NCBI GenBank assembly: GCA_035510535.1
Contig: DATKGY010000041.1
Location: forward strand, 29,493 to 93,492
From: Patescibacteria group bacterium
GTDB taxonomy: Bacteria; Patescibacteriota; Microgenomatia; Levybacterales; UBA12049
Length of the DNA: 64,000 bases
Direction of reading: 5' to 3'
The position numbers and the translations under genes were made by a program. The notes beneath the pieces were generated by a model that did not search any database, was not told the origin of the DNA, and worked only from the letters and a program-made list of their open reading frames with translations. Positions 29,716-39,533 of the stretch are shown here, piece after piece. Positions within the stretch are counted from its first letter, which is position 1. Each line of letters begins with the position of its first letter.

Positions 29716-30407
29716 AAAATATTTTAAACGAAAAGCCAAGCGAAAAATTAACAGGCAGATTGGAATTCTCAACAAAATTTGTAGACAACAAAGACATACA
29801 GGGAAAGAAAGTATTAGATATAGGTTGTGGTTTCGGATGGTTTGAATTAAGTACGCTTAAGAAAGGAGTTAAAGAGATAGCTGGTGTTGAAATAAGTGCG
29901 TTAGATTTAAAACCTGCTAAGGAGAATATTAAAGATAAGCGTGCGATATTTAAAATAGGGGGAGCCTTAAAAATTCCTTTTAAGGATAATTATTTTGATG
30001 CTGTAGTAGCGTGGGAAGTGATAGAGCATATTCCAAAAGATACAGAAAACAAAATGTTTAAAGAGGTTAAAAGAGTTTTGAAAAAAAACGGTATATTTTA
30101 TTTATCTACTCCGTATGATTCTTTGCGCTCAAAATATCTGGATCCTGCCTATTGGTTGATAGGACATCGGCATTATTCAAGGGAAAAACTGATTAAGCTG
30201 GGAAAGGGAAATAATTTTAAAATTCGCGAAATACAAATAAAAGGGAGAATTTGGAGTCTAATCAGCTTATTGGATTTGTATATAGCAAAATGGATTTTTC
30301 GAAGACAACCTTTCTTCGAAGAGGAGATATCACGGAAGGTAGATGAAGAATACCGTATGGACGAAAATAGTTTTATGGGAATATTTGTTAAATATGAAAA
30401 AAAATAA
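29712..30407 (+). CDS. Class I SAM-dependent methyltransferase
   Basis: VLDIGCGFG, EVIEHIP, YLSTPY; start moved to ATG 29712 (ATGA overlap). Confidence 0.85.
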   Translation: MKNILNEKPSEKLTGRLEFSTKFVDNKDIQGKKVLDIGCGFGWFELSTLKKGVKEIAGVEISALDLKPAKENIKDKRAIFKIGGALKIPFKDNYFDAVVAWEVIEHIPKDTENKMFKEVKRVLKKNGIFYLSTPYDSLRSKYLDPAYWLIGHRHYSREKLIKLGKGNNFKIREIQIKGRIWSLISLLDLYIAKWIFRRQPFFEEEISRKVDEEYRMDENSFMGIFVKYEKK

Positions 30408-31515
30408 ATCCCTTTTTAGATATAAAAATATTTTTCTTCAATCAAGTCTTCAATTTTGCGGAAACATCGAAGAATATTTTGTAAGTCATACAGAAAAATT
30501 AGTTATATTTATTGTTATGCCAAGAGTTAAGAATAAAGGCAATGTCATAAGGCAATACAACTACGGGAAATTGATGGAGGAAAAGCCTTTTAGTCTCTCT
30601 GAGAATATTTTTTTATACTATCTGGGTTGGTATATTCAGTATTTTAAAGTACTTAATAAGTACTATTCAAAAAAGGAACCCTTCTTTGCCATCGTATTTC
30701 ATCCGATATTCTTTTTTGGAATGAGTACTCAAAAACTATGGAGAAGTGTAAATTTTGTTTATTGGGTAGGAGATTATTTCCCGAACACTAGCAAGGTGAT
30801 TATAATGTTTGAAAAGCTTAAAAAATTTTACCATGGCCAAGGGACTTATGCCTGTTACATAAGCGATGCAATTAACGAAATAATGAACGGAAAGATTTTA
30901 GAAAGCGATAATCGTAAGACTGTAATGTGGGGAGTTAAACCCAAGTCAATTACAAGAACTTTTGATAGAAATAATTTTAACATACTATTTGTAGGTTTAA
31001 TAAAAGAGTCTCAGGGGTTGGAGTTTTTTTATGATTTTTTAAAGGAAAATAAAGAATATAAGTTAAAAATAATTGGTGTTTGCGAAAAAAAATTATACAC
31101 AAAATATATGAGTATAATTAAAAGATATGATATTAGCGATCGAGTGTATTTCCCGAATAAATTTTTCTCAGACAAAGAACTAAATGAGATTTCCGAAGAG
31201 TGTCAAATAGGGATAGCACTGTATGATGCTAATAAATCTAGTGTCACATACTATGCGGATCCTGGGAAGGTAAAGGCTTATGCGGAGCTTGGTTTACCGA
31301 TTATTATGTCCAATATTCCAAGCGTAGCTCCTTATATTCGAAAATTTAATGCTGGAGAAATAGTAGACAGAAATGAAATCTCACTTCGTAACGCTCTTAA
31401 AAAGATAAGGGACAATTATCAAAAGTATATAGACGGCGTTAACAAGTTCAATCGGTATTTCTATTTCGAAGATTATTACAAAAGAAGATTTAAATTTTTA
31501 GAAAAAGTGGCGTGA
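30394..31515 (+). CDS. Divergent GT-B (GT4-like) glycosyltransferase
   Basis: ILFVGLIKESQG, PGKVKAYAELGLPII; start moved to ATG 30394. Confidence 0.7.
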   Translation: MKKNKSLFRYKNIFLQSSLQFCGNIEEYFVSHTEKLVIFIVMPRVKNKGNVIRQYNYGKLMEEKPFSLSENIFLYYLGWYIQYFKVLNKYYSKKEPFFAIVFHPIFFFGMSTQKLWRSVNFVYWVGDYFPNTSKVIIMFEKLKKFYHGQGTYACYISDAINEIMNGKILESDNRKTVMWGVKPKSITRTFDRNNFNILFVGLIKESQGLEFFYDFLKENKEYKLKIIGVCEKKLYTKYMSIIKRYDISDRVYFPNKFFSDKELNEISEECQIGIALYDANKSSVTYYADPGKVKAYAELGLPIIMSNIPSVAPYIRKFNAGEIVDRNEISLRNALKKIRDNYQKYIDGVNKFNRYFYFEDYYKRRFKFLEKVA

Positions 31516-31528
31516 CCCAAGGAGATTT

Positions 31529-31972
31529 TTATTTTTTGTTGCGCTTTGGTCTTCCTGCAGAGCCTGTAGGGTGTATTGTTCGATACTTTTTCATTATGGA
31601 TGGTGATACGCGAAAAGTGTCAGACTCATAATCATTTCCGCCTCTTTTTCCTTCCGAAAAGGTAATAAATTGATTATCTTCAATAATTTCAAGCGCATGT
31701 ACCTCATTTGGACCAGTTGTTACCATTTCGCCTTCGTGAATAACGACGCTTTTTACTTTACTATTGTCCTCGTCAAGTTTTCGATAGTAATACCTAAGAC
31801 TTCCCCTCGTCATATATATGTGCTGAGTAGTATATCTATGATAGTGATCTCCGCGAAACGCACCCTTTTTTGAATTCATCACCGCTACGTGATCAATGCG
31901 ATGATTATAAAATATATCCGAGATATTTCCCCGATTATCCTTGGTTGCAATTTTTATTTTTGTTTTTATCAT
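31529..31972 (-). CDS. Cupin, FdtA/QdtA-like sugar ketoisomerase or epimerase
   Basis: DNRG, FRGDHYH, EVHA cupin motifs; last gene of the gmd cassette. Confidence 0.65.
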   Translation of the reverse strand: MIKTKIKIATKDNRGNISDIFYNHRIDHVAVMNSKKGAFRGDHYHRYTTQHIYMTRGSLRYYYRKLDEDNSKVKSVVIHEGEMVTTGPNEVHALEIIEDNQFITFSEGKRGGNDYESDTFRVSPSIMKKYRTIHPTGSAGRPKRNKK

Positions 31973-33195
31973 AGTAGCTCTTTTTCTCCTGGAACTATAA
32001 ATTCTATTGTATCATTTATTTTCCTTATTTTTTCAGTTAAATATTTACCGATATTCCAAGCGGTTATTAAGGCAACATCGATGTTTTCAGCTTGAAGACT
32101 GGTATCATTCTTGATTGGAATAAGAGATCCGGGGGTATATTTGCCGATTTTGTATTTTGAGGCGTCGGTGACAAATTCGATGACAGTGCTATCGAGTCTA
32201 TAAAAGTTAAGAAGAGTATTGCTTCGTGCCCCGGCTCCGATCGCGGCTATTTTTTTACCCTTTTTCTTGAGTGCATAAACTTTTGCTAAGACATCATTTT
32301 TATCTTTAATTATTTTTGCCATAAAAGCAGCGTATGTTTTTGGATTAAATATCTTTGCATTTTCTTCGGCTTTGATAGATTTTCTGACGAGAGCGGCGTT
32401 GTAGGCAGAAACATTGGGCGTAGAAATAATCCTTAGTGATCCACCATGATAATTTACATTCTCAACGTGAACTATATACAGCCCGTATCTTTTAAGCATG
32501 GTGTCTGCCGAGCGTACGCTAAATGTTGAAATATGTTCATGAAATATCATATCAAATAAATATTTTTCAACTGTATCCTTTAGAGATGGTACTTCAAAAA
32601 TAAAATAGCCATCATTTTTAAGACCTGACTTTATTCCCAACATTGCCTCTTTTAAGTTCTCGATATGATTAACTACATTATTTCCCATGATTATTTTTGC
32701 CATTCCCTTCTTCTTTACGGCAGCTGCGATTGTATCTTTTCCGACGAATCCTTCTATTGAATCAACACCAATTTTCCTTGCTTCACGAATCATGATAGGG
32801 GAAGGGTCAATTCCGGTAACTCTGATTCCTTTCTTCTTAAAATGCGAAAGTAAATGTCCGTCATTTGATCCAAATTCTATAACGTGATCAGTTGATTCCA
32901 CATGTGTATATTTACTTACAGAATCGAAGAATTCAAGCCAATGTTTTTTTGCCGCATCTGAATTAAAGGACGTATAGCTGTAGTTACTTTCGACATATCT
33001 TTCATCTCCCGGTGTAAAATATTCATTTTGTAAGTGCCCGCAATTTTTACATAATAAGCAATTAAGCGGATATGTATTAAGGGGAAGAAGTAATTGTTCT
33101 TTCTTGAGGAATGTATCCGCTAATGGGTGAAAGCCTAATTTAATAACTCTTTTTAAATTTGAGTTATCGCAGACAATGCATTTTTTAGCTAACAT
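31969..33195 (-). CDS. NDP-sugar C-methyltransferase (TylCIII/EryBIII/NovU-like)
   Basis: Zn motif CIVC...CKNC, YSYTS, EFGSNDG, IFHEH, YHGGSLR, KIGKYTPGS. Confidence 0.85.
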   Translation of the reverse strand: MLAKKCIVCDNSNLKRVIKLGFHPLADTFLKKEQLLLPLNTYPLNCLLCKNCGHLQNEYFTPGDERYVESNYSYTSFNSDAAKKHWLEFFDSVSKYTHVESTDHVIEFGSNDGHLLSHFKKKGIRVTGIDPSPIMIREARKIGVDSIEGFVGKDTIAAAVKKKGMAKIIMGNNVVNHIENLKEAMLGIKSGLKNDGYFIFEVPSLKDTVEKYLFDMIFHEHISTFSVRSADTMLKRYGLYIVHVENVNYHGGSLRIISTPNVSAYNAALVRKSIKAEENAKIFNPKTYAAFMAKIIKDKNDVLAKVYALKKKGKKIAAIGAGARSNTLLNFYRLDSTVIEFVTDASKYKIGKYTPGSLIPIKNDTSLQAENIDVALITAWNIGKYLTEKIRKINDTIEFIVPGEKELL

Positions 33196-33201
33196 AAGTA
33201 A

Positions 33202-33993
33202 TTAAGATATGGGCATTATATGGTTTTTCAAGAAACTTTTCAAATACTCGGAAGATGTTTTCAGAGAATAAATTTTATTTAGTTTTGAGACATCTGTTTC
33301 GTAGGTTTGTGTTTTTCCGTCTTTAGGGAAATTTATTTGCTTCTTTATGTATTGGTTTAATTCCTTAAATAAAACAGTACCAATTCCGCCTACGTTAAAT
33401 ATTTCCCTCGTGATGTTTCTATCAATTAGAAAATAAATAATTTGAGCAAGCTCTTTCGTTGTTATCATTTGGAAAGCAGATTCCTTGGATATAAATAAAT
33501 GTGAGTCATTCAAGATGTCATACACCGGTCCCTTTTTTAAGTTAACTCCGAGCATCATGGGACAGCGTAGGATTATGTAACTTTTTATGAAATTTCTCAC
33601 GATACATTCGCTCAAAAACTTATGGAATCCATAAGGGGCAAGTTTTTCAAAATTTATTGGTTCTTTCTCTGAAGTAAATTTTTCGCTTGTATGATCTTCG
33701 TAAACATCGCTTGACGATATATACATATATGTTTTGCATGGAAAATCCAAAAGAGTCTTGTATACAGAAATTGTGGATGCTTCGAAATCGCCAAGGACAT
33801 TATCGTTTGCCCAAACTTTGTTACTATTTCCATTTGCATTAATAACAACGTCAAATTTTTGGTTTCTATGCTCCTCATAGCTCTCTCGGTCTATTTCGAC
33901 GATTGCTTGAAAATGTGGCTTCAGATATCGGACTAAGTCCGATCCTACCATGCCGTGGCTTCCTATGATTGCTAATCTTTTTGAGTTTTTCAA
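33202..33993 (-). CDS. NAD(P)-dependent sugar epimerase/reductase (SDR), TTG start
   Basis: IIGSHGMVG, ISSSDVY, YGFHK. Confidence 0.75.
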   Translation of the reverse strand: MKNSKRLAIIGSHGMVGSDLVRYLKPHFQAIVEIDRESYEEHRNQKFDVVINANGNSNKVWANDNVLGDFEASTISVYKTLLDFPCKTYMYISSSDVYEDHTSEKFTSEKEPINFEKLAPYGFHKFLSECIVRNFIKSYIILRCPMMLGVNLKKGPVYDILNDSHLFISKESAFQMITTKELAQIIYFLIDRNITREIFNVGGIGTVLFKELNQYIKKQINFPKDGKTQTYETDVSKLNKIYSLKTSSEYLKSFLKNHIMPIS

Positions 33994-33999
33994 TTGAAT

Positions 34000-34380
34000 T
34001 TAAAGCAAAATTTTATCTTCGATAAACGGCCCGTTTTTAATTTCTATAATTTCGCTATCTTTTAGTATGTGGACTCCATGTCCTCCATTCATAAATATTA
34101 TAGTTTCACCAGCTGAAAGATATATAGACTTGAAATACTTTTTCTTCGGTGTATAAAAATCAATTTTTATTTTCCCCTTTATGACTACTAAACATTCCTG
34201 AAGTTTTTCCGTAATGCGTCTCTTTGGAACGTGAATGTGTGCCTTTGTGCATTCACCCGATGAGCGCTTGTGTGTTACAAGCTGTAGCGGTTCATTAGGA
34301 TCCGTAAGAGATATTACGCCATTTTTGAGTTTCTTAATTCGGATGGCGATTACAGTATTGTTAGATATTATCTTTTCCAC
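34000..34380 (-). CDS. Cupin protein (WbuC-like), GTG start
   Basis: AHIH, LQECLVVIKG, GGHG, EIKNGP. Confidence 0.6.
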   Translation of the reverse strand: MEKIISNNTVIAIRIKKLKNGVISLTDPNEPLQLVTHKRSSGECTKAHIHVPKRRITEKLQECLVVIKGKIKIDFYTPKKKYFKSIYLSAGETIIFMNGGHGVHILKDSEIIEIKNGPFIEDKILL

Positions 34381-34383
34381 TTT

Positions 34384-35463
34384 TTAATAGAATCGGTGTC
34401 TGGTTACTATTTTATGTCCCAGCCCTGTCTCTTTTTTAACCTGATCGTAATCATGCTTAATCATAATTTCAACTAACTCCTGAAAATTAACTTTTGGTTT
34501 CCATCCCAGAAGTTTTCTCGCCTTAGAAGAGTCACCAAGCAGATAGTCTACCTCAGAAGGACGAAAGTGAACGGGATCTATTCCAATAATTATTTTTCCC
34601 GTTTTTCGATCGATGCCTTTTTCTTTTAAACCTTTTCCCCTCCATTGTAAGTCATAGTCTAGGTGCTTTGCGACGTTCTCAACAAATTCGCGAACGGTGT
34701 GTGTTTGACCGGTTGCCAATACGAAATCATCGGCACTTTTATAATTTAAAATTTTATAAATTCCTTCAACGTAATCTTTGGAGTAACCCCAGTCTCTCTT
34801 GGCATTTAGATTTCCAAGCATTAAAACGTCTTGCAATCCCAGTTTTATACGCGATAATCCCAGCGTCACTTTTCTTGTTACAAATGTAATACCTCGTCTT
34901 GGCGATTCGTGATTAAAGAGGATGCCGTTTGCCGCGAATATATTGTAACTTTTTCGATAGATCCGCGTAGTATGAAACGCAAATACTTTTGACAAAGCGT
35001 ATGGTGATTGTGGATTAAACGGTGTTTTCTCATTTTGGAAGGTTTTTTTCTCCACGTCGCCGAACATCTCGGAAGATCCCGCCTGGTAGAATTTGATAGG
35101 AGCTTTAATTTGACGAATAGCTTCCAAAATGCGTAAAGCGCCCAGTCCCGTAATATCTACGGTATATTCAGGCATGGAAAAGCTTACGCCCACATGACTC
35201 AGAGCGCCAAGATTATAGATTTCATCGGGTTCAGCCTTTTCAATTAGCGCGGCGATGTTGGAGCTATCAGATAAATCTCCATAAGCAGTCTGAAAGTTGG
35301 GGAATTTGGCATTGTTAATTAGATGGTCTATGCGATATGTATTAGGGTAGCTGGTATGCCTTTGCAGACCGAATACTTTATAACCTTTTTCAAGCAGAAG
35401 CTCTGCTAAGTATGAACCGTCTTGTCCGGTAATTCCAGTAATTAATGCTCGCTTCCTTGCCAT
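34384..35463 (-). CDS. gmd: GDP-mannose 4,6-dehydratase
   Basis: ALITGITGQDGSYLAE, SHVGVSF, SSEMFG, SPYALSK, GILFNHESPRRG, AKRDWG. Confidence 0.95.
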   Translation of the reverse strand: MARKRALITGITGQDGSYLAELLLEKGYKVFGLQRHTSYPNTYRIDHLINNAKFPNFQTAYGDLSDSSNIAALIEKAEPDEIYNLGALSHVGVSFSMPEYTVDITGLGALRILEAIRQIKAPIKFYQAGSSEMFGDVEKKTFQNEKTPFNPQSPYALSKVFAFHTTRIYRKSYNIFAANGILFNHESPRRGITFVTRKVTLGLSRIKLGLQDVLMLGNLNAKRDWGYSKDYVEGIYKILNYKSADDFVLATGQTHTVREFVENVAKHLDYDLQWRGKGLKEKGIDRKTGKIIIGIDPVHFRPSEVDYLLGDSSKARKLLGWKPKVNFQELVEIMIKHDYDQVKKETGLGHKIVTRHRFY

Positions 35464-35469
35464 TTTGCA

Positions 35470-35478
35470 AATATAGCA
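35470..35478 (-). promoter_or_regulatory. Extended -10 (TGcTATATT), 6 nt before the gmd ATG; leaderless-type
   Basis: Minus strand reads TGC TATATT tgcaaa ATG. Confidence 0.55.
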
Positions 35479-35644
35479 CGTTTTTTAAAAAAAAGAAATA
35501 CTTCAGTGATAAATTTAAAAATTTGCAAGAATCATACACAAAAAATTACCGGCAGCCGAAAAGGTTTAATTTTTTTAAAAAATATAGTATTTACGCAATA
35601 AAATGTTATATAATATGCTATTGAATAAATATTTTTAATACTTT

Positions 35645-36436
35645 ATGAATCCTTTACGCCTCATACTTAACATTTTTCCTGAAGGGTATATAAAATCTAT
35701 CATAAAAAATATTTTAAGCTATTCCATTAACGTGATGCCCGGTCCCGTTGACTTGGTTACGGTAAATGGAATAAGCATAAAAATGCACAAGGATAATGTT
35801 TTTAACAATAGGCGTCTTGTAAAGGAAGTGAGCGGTTACAATACATATTATTCTCTACGAAAAGGAGATATTGTCATTGATGCAGGAGCATACACAGGGC
35901 TATATACAGTATATGCGGCCAAAAAAGTGGGCTCAAAAGGAAAAGTCATCGCCTATGAACCGGATCCATACACCATGATGATGCTAAAAAAGAATATCAA
36001 ACTAAACCAGCTTTCCAATGTCACCTTAGTTAGGAAAGGATTATTTGATAAGAATGATTCTGTACCCTTCGATATTCAATCAGTCGGCTCAAATATTGTT
36101 ACCATAAACACAGCATTTCATAATAGAAAAACCATTAATAAGGTCAATGTTGCACCCCTTGACGAAGAAGTTGTTAGGCTTAGGCTTAATACAGTCGACT
36201 TTATAAAAATGGATATTGAAGGAGCGGAAATCGAAGCGATGAAAGGCGCACGTACAACGATTAAAAAAAATAAAAACATTAGCCTTGCGATTGCAAGCTA
36301 CCATGTCGTAAATGGAAGAAAGACATACATATTCTTGGAAAAATTCTTCAAGAAATTAAATATGAATACAAAAACAGAGCTAAATGGACAATTGACAACT
36401 TATTCCAGCTACAAAAAATTGGCCAGGGGGAATTAA
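35645..36436 (+). CDS. FkbM-family methyltransferase
   Basis: VIDAGAYTG, IAYEPD, FIKMDIEGAE, IASYH. Confidence 0.88.
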   Translation: MNPLRLILNIFPEGYIKSIIKNILSYSINVMPGPVDLVTVNGISIKMHKDNVFNNRRLVKEVSGYNTYYSLRKGDIVIDAGAYTGLYTVYAAKKVGSKGKVIAYEPDPYTMMMLKKNIKLNQLSNVTLVRKGLFDKNDSVPFDIQSVGSNIVTINTAFHNRKTINKVNVAPLDEEVVRLRLNTVDFIKMDIEGAEIEAMKGARTTIKKNKNISLAIASYHVVNGRKTYIFLEKFFKKLNMNTKTELNGQLTTYSSYKKLARGN

Positions 36437-36590
36437 TAGTCGGGCGTCACCAAGGAATGAAAGAATTAGAGGGAGTATCCACAGAATTTTTAGAAGTATA
36501 AATAACTATTTTAGTTTCTCTTTAATTTATCTTTTGCTGTTGCTTAAGAAATTCGAAGGAAAAATATAAGTTTTTGGAAAATATTTAGCC

Positions 36591-36618
36591 TTGACTAAAC
36601 ACACTAATATGATATACT
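36591..36618 (+). promoter_or_regulatory. Sigma70-type promoter TTGACT-N16-TATACT (with TGn)
   Basis: TTGACT 36591-96 and TGa-TATACT 36610-18, upstream of the GT2-rfbF block. Confidence 0.6.
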
Positions 36619-36646
36619 TTATCATCAACATTGCTTTTATTTATCT

Positions 36647-37654
36647 ATGATAAAAAAAAATGAAAAATTTATTTCCCCCGTTTCTATTGTAATAATTCAA
36701 AGAAACTCTTCGTCCACAATTCTCTACGCGCTGGAGGGGATTAGAAAACAAGATTATCCAATAAGAGAAATAATCATAGTCGATAACCATTCAACCGATG
36801 ATTCTTTGAGCAAGATAAAAAACTTTTCCGTAAACAATAAAGCGTTACAGATTAGAATTTTAACGAAAAATTCAGACACAGGAGTTAGTAATAGCTATAA
36901 CATGGGAGTTAAAGTCGCTAAGTCTAATTACGTTATTGTCATGCACGCAGATGGAGTTTTACCTGCGAGAAGAGAGATTAGCATCATGATGAAGCCAGTT
37001 CTTGAGGAAAAAAATGTTTCCGCATGTACGCCATTCATACTGATGCCCAGAAGCGTTTGGAATAAGTATAATTTTTGGGAGAAATGTCTGTTTTGCCCGG
37101 CGCTAAGTAGAGATCAGAGAAGTTTTACCGGTAAATTTAATTACGTCAATAAAAAGTTATTCTTGGAAGCAGGGGGTTTTGATGAAAAAAATTTCAATGC
37201 CGATATAGGAGGGGAAGATGTAGATCTTGCAATTAAATTAAAAAAATTAGGTAAAGTAGTTGAAACCAATGCGAGGGTAATCCATCTTCATTATTTAGGC
37301 CAAAATTATTCAATTATAAATTGGATAAGCAATAGAAAACTGTTTGCCAGATCTTATGGGAAAATAATAAGGATGCATAAATTAAATTTACCCTTAGGTG
37401 CGTTGTTAGTATTGCTGGTTAAGCCATTCTTGGCTTTTTTTTCATTGATTATATTTATTTTCCCTTATAATTTTCTGCCCATTATCGCATTTGCATTAAT
37501 ATACATGAAAGAGATGTATACAACTAAAAAAACACTTACTGATCCCCGTATACTTCTGTTGCCTTTTGTCTCGATAGCGCTTATATATTACGAAACTTTT
37601 TGGATGGTTGAAGAATTTCTTTTACCGGTAAAGAAATGGAAAGGACTTAAGTGA
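36647..37654 (+). CDS. GT2 glycosyltransferase with C-terminal TM helices
   Basis: IIVDNHSTD, MHAD, GGFDE, GEDVDL. Confidence 0.82.
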   Translation: MIKKNEKFISPVSIVIIQRNSSSTILYALEGIRKQDYPIREIIIVDNHSTDDSLSKIKNFSVNNKALQIRILTKNSDTGVSNSYNMGVKVAKSNYVIVMHADGVLPARREISIMMKPVLEEKNVSACTPFILMPRSVWNKYNFWEKCLFCPALSRDQRSFTGKFNYVNKKLFLEAGGFDEKNFNADIGGEDVDLAIKLKKLGKVVETNARVIHLHYLGQNYSIINWISNRKLFARSYGKIIRMHKLNLPLGALLVLLVKPFLAFFSLIIFIFPYNFLPIIAFALIYMKEMYTTKKTLTDPRILLLPFVSIALIYYETFWMVEEFLLPVKKWKGLK

Positions 37655-38427
37655 AAACTGTAATTTTGTGCGGGGGGATAGGATACAGACTTAAAGAGGA
37701 AACAGAATTTAAACCAAAACCAATGGTGCAAATTGGCGGCAAGCCAATACTGTGGCACATTATGAAAATTTATGCCCATTACGGGTTTAATGATTTTATC
37801 ATAGCGTTAGGATACAAAGGTGATTATATAAAGCAATACTTTCTTAATGAAAAAAATATGGTTTATGATTTTAGCCTAAACACTTTAAGCGGTAAAACAA
37901 AAATCATAAGAAATGATACCAAGTCGGAAGATTTTAAGATAACGTTTGTGAATACGGGGGAAGAAACACTGCCAGGAGAAAGAATATTGAGGATAAAAGA
38001 TTATATTCCCAAAAAAGATAAAAATTTCATGGTGACTTATGGTGATGGTCTGTCGGATATTAACATTAAAGCGCTAGTGAAATTTCACAATAGACAAAAT
38101 ACGATAGGGACAATCACAGGAGTTCATCCTAGAAGTAAATACGGCCTTTTAAAATTGGGTGAAAATAATATTGTAGAGAATTTTACGGAAAAACCGATTC
38201 TAAAAGAGAGAACCAACGGAGGATTCATGATCTTCAAACGGGATTTTTTTAGTTATTTAAAACCAGGAGAATTTGAGCATAACGCGCTACAGCGGCTAGT
38301 TAAGAAAAAACAACTCTCGGTGTTTATACATGATGGGTTTTGGCATTCAATGGATACATATCCGGACGTGGATAGTCTAAATAAACTGTGGGGCGAAAAT
38401 CCAGCATGGAAAGTGTGGAAGCGGTGA
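37651..38427 (+). CDS. rfbF: Glucose-1-phosphate cytidylyltransferase
   Basis: VILCGGIGYRLKEETEFKPKPMVQIGGKPILWHIMK, LGYKG, TYGDG, FWHSMDT. Confidence 0.88.
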   Translation: MKTVILCGGIGYRLKEETEFKPKPMVQIGGKPILWHIMKIYAHYGFNDFIIALGYKGDYIKQYFLNEKNMVYDFSLNTLSGKTKIIRNDTKSEDFKITFVNTGEETLPGERILRIKDYIPKKDKNFMVTYGDGLSDINIKALVKFHNRQNTIGTITGVHPRSKYGLLKLGENNIVENFTEKPILKERTNGGFMIFKRDFFSYLKPGEFEHNALQRLVKKKQLSVFIHDGFWHSMDTYPDVDSLNKLWGENPAWKVWKR

Positions 38428-39530
38428 TAGTGCTTAAAAGCGACATAGAAAAAAAAGACATTGCCTATATTCATTCGAAAGCTAAAGAAGAGTTTGAAGT
38501 ATTGGGTGGGAATTCGGTTCTTCTAACAGGAGCAAACGGTTTCTTAGGATTTTATCTCGTTAAATCCATTCTTGCGTGGAACGATAGTAATCCAAACAAA
38601 AAAATAAAACTTTATGCGTTAAGTACCTTTAAAAAGGGCATGCCCAAATGGCTAAAGGAAATAAAAGGTAGAAAAGACTTAGTTGTTCTAAGAAAAGACA
38701 TCGGAGAATACAAACTTCCCTTAGGTATTGCATTTGATTATATAATCCATGGTGCTTCATTCGCGTCTCCGACCTTCTACAGACAAGATCCAATTGGTAC
38801 AATCAATGCCAATATTTTGGGTCTTTACAACGTGTTGAATTATATGGTTCAAAGAAGAAAGAAAAGCAGAGCAGTTTCCGGTTTATTATTCTTCTCGTCC
38901 AGCGAAGTATATGGAGATCCCACTGAAGGAAATATCCCAACCCCCGAAACCTATCGAGGAAATGTGTCATGCACCGGACCAAGAGCATGTTACGATGAGT
39001 CGAAAAGATTTGGGGAAACCCTTTGCATAAATCACGTTAAAGCATACGGTCTCCCAATAAGATCTGCCCGGCCTTGCAATAATTATGGTCCCGGTATGAA
39101 AATTACAGACGGAAGGGTAATTGCTGATTTCTCAAAAGATATTCTGGAGAATGAAGATATTGTCATGTTTTCAGACGGTAGTCCATCTAGAGCCTTTTGC
39201 TATGTTGCCGATGGGATTGTCGGATATTTAAAAGTACTCATAAAAGGAAGGGATGGGGAAGCATACAATATTGGTGTTGCTGGGCCCGAAGTATCAATGC
39301 TTAATTTAGCTAAAAAAATAGTTAAGATTGGGAAAGATAATTTTCATTATTCAGGAAAGATAGTAACTAAGAAGAATAAAGATAATGATTATTTAATAGA
39401 TAACCCTAGCCGCCGCTGTCCAATGATCGATAAGGCAAGGAAGGAATTAGGATATGCTCCGCAAATTTCCATAGACGAAGGTTTAGAAAGAGTATTGCGT
39501 TGGTATCACGATATTTATTACAGAGCTTAA
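38424..39530 (+). CDS. NDP-glucuronate decarboxylase-like SDR (UXS/ArnA-type), GTG start
   Basis: TGANGFLG, HGASFASP, SSSEVYGDP, GPRACYDESKR, NNYGPGM..DGRVI; GTGA overlap with the rfbF stop. Confidence 0.8.
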   Translation: MIVLKSDIEKKDIAYIHSKAKEEFEVLGGNSVLLTGANGFLGFYLVKSILAWNDSNPNKKIKLYALSTFKKGMPKWLKEIKGRKDLVVLRKDIGEYKLPLGIAFDYIIHGASFASPTFYRQDPIGTINANILGLYNVLNYMVQRRKKSRAVSGLLFFSSSEVYGDPTEGNIPTPETYRGNVSCTGPRACYDESKRFGETLCINHVKAYGLPIRSARPCNNYGPGMKITDGRVIADFSKDILENEDIVMFSDGSPSRAFCYVADGIVGYLKVLIKGRDGEAYNIGVAGPEVSMLNLAKKIVKIGKDNFHYSGKIVTKKNKDNDYLIDNPSRRCPMIDKARKELGYAPQISIDEGLERVLRWYHDIYYRA

Positions 39531-39533
39531 AGT

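Noticed and set aside
26042-36660. A8-A9 runs in GT genes (26042-50, 30397-404, 36652-60; also 14813-20) as phase-variation tracts
   Set aside because: Expected in AT-rich, Lys-rich sequence; all frames are intact and there are no long G/C runs.
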